64,000 bases of DNA from Eledone cirrhosa. Taxonomy: Eukaryota. Positions within the stretch are counted from its first letter, which is position 1. The number at the start of each line of letters is the position of its first letter. The position numbers were made by a program, and so were the translations under genes. The notes below the pieces were generated by a model. It saw nothing but the letters and a program-made list of their open reading frames with translations, was not told the origin of the DNA and made no database searches. Below, piece after piece: positions 62,967-64,000 of this stretch. The DNA is taken from NCBI GenBank assembly GCA_964016885.1, contig OZ024745.1, positions 48,112,001 through 48,176,000 of the forward strand, read 5' to 3'.

Positions 62967-63185
62967 AGGGCGGTGAGCTGGTGGAATCGTTAGCACATCT
63001 GGCGAAATGCTTAGCGGTACTTCTTCCGTTTTTACGTTCCGAGTTCAAATTCCGCCGATCTCAACTTTGTCTTTCATCCTTTTGGGGTCGATAAATTAAA
63101 TACCAGTTGTGAACTGGGATCAATGTAATCGACGGGACCCTAAACCCTAAATTTCATGCCTTGTACCTATAGTAGAAATGATTAT
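62967..63185 (+). mobile_element. Nin/Deu-core SINE with 18-bp TSD
   Basis: TSD ATTATAACTG(G/A)TGAAAAT at 62949 and 63181. Confidence 0.75.
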
Positions 63186-63283
63186 AACTGATGAAAATCA
63201 TCACCCACCACCACGTTTGGCCCACTGTGCCTCTCCTCCAGGACATAATGGCCCTTTTATGTCCTTCAGTTTGAGACCCCTCT

Positions 63284-63327
<44 letters not shown>

Positions 63328-63579
63328 CATTTTACTTTTTTTCTGTCTCTGGACTACGCCCATGCTGGAGCATCACCTTGGTAAGTTATGGGGATGTCAA
63401 CAAACCAACAAGCATTGGTGGGAGCGCAAACGCAAAGACACACACAGACATATATACATATATACAACGCGCTTCTTTTAGTTTCGGTCTATCAAATCCA
63501 CTCACAGGGCTTTGGTTAGCCCGGGCTGTGGGACTGAACCCAGAAACGTGATTGGGAAGCAAGCTTCTTGTCACACTGC

Positions 63580-64000
63580 GCATCATCATCATCATTATTT
63601 TATGTCCGCTTTCCCCTGCTTGCAAGGGTGGGACGGGTCTTATTCAGCATCTTTCCACTTGTCACGGTCCTTCGTCATCTCCACCGTGAGCATCAGCGAT
63701 CTGAGGTCTGTTCTCACCACCTCCACCCATGTTTTTCGTGGTCTACCTCTACCACGTCTTCCTTCAACTGGCATTTCCTGGCACTTCTTCACCCATCGGT
63801 CATCCTCCATGCGCATCACATGTCCATACCACCGCAGTCTCCTCTCTCGCACACTACATTCTATCCCTCTCAGACACAGTTTCTCTCTCAACACATCCAT
63901 GCTGGGTCGTTCACGCACATTAACATTGCACATCCAACGGAGCATGCTTGCCTCATTTCTCTCCAGCCATCGCATATCCTCTGCAGTTGCTGCCCAAGTC
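63580..64000 (-). mobile_element. RTE LINE 3' end (continues beyond the window)
   Basis: RNEASMLRWMC...RLRWYGHV...GRPRKTW, (GAT)n tail. Confidence 0.88.

Overview
AT-rich, repeat-dense animal genomic DNA. The SINE/RTE repertoire and the huge (TA)/(TATG) arrays suggest an octopus or other cephalopod (inference). The only host gene I can reconstruct is on the + strand and is not called as a spliced gene by the ORF track: six GT-AG exons (2433-2590, 5084-5311, 44773-44843, 48196-48333, 59242-59284, 60596-60683) splice in frame into the MG1-MG3 N-terminus of a complement C3/alpha-2-macroglobulin (thioester protein) family member. Its 39.5-kb intron (5312-44772) holds a strand-polarised (TA)n/(TATG)n microsatellite field that several unrelated retroelements have used as a landing pad. 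These include an intact two-ORF CR1/L2-group LINE (Myb/SANT + CCCH ORF1, probable -1 frameshift into ORF2) with a truncated second copy, an R4/Dong-type RLE element flanked by (CATA)n, RTE elements and their non-autonomous derivatives, and an inverted Penelope-like fragment. The most notable insert is a perfect 2x311-bp tandem repeat in which each unit carries a minimal type I hammerhead ribozyme (retrozyme-like, on the host sense strand). Three further head-to-head inverted hammerhead pairs of distinct sequence families occur at ~6.4, ~23.3 and ~49.1 kb. The very long Y/I/M/C/V ORFs are microsatellite artefacts. All calls are by eye; no database searches were run.
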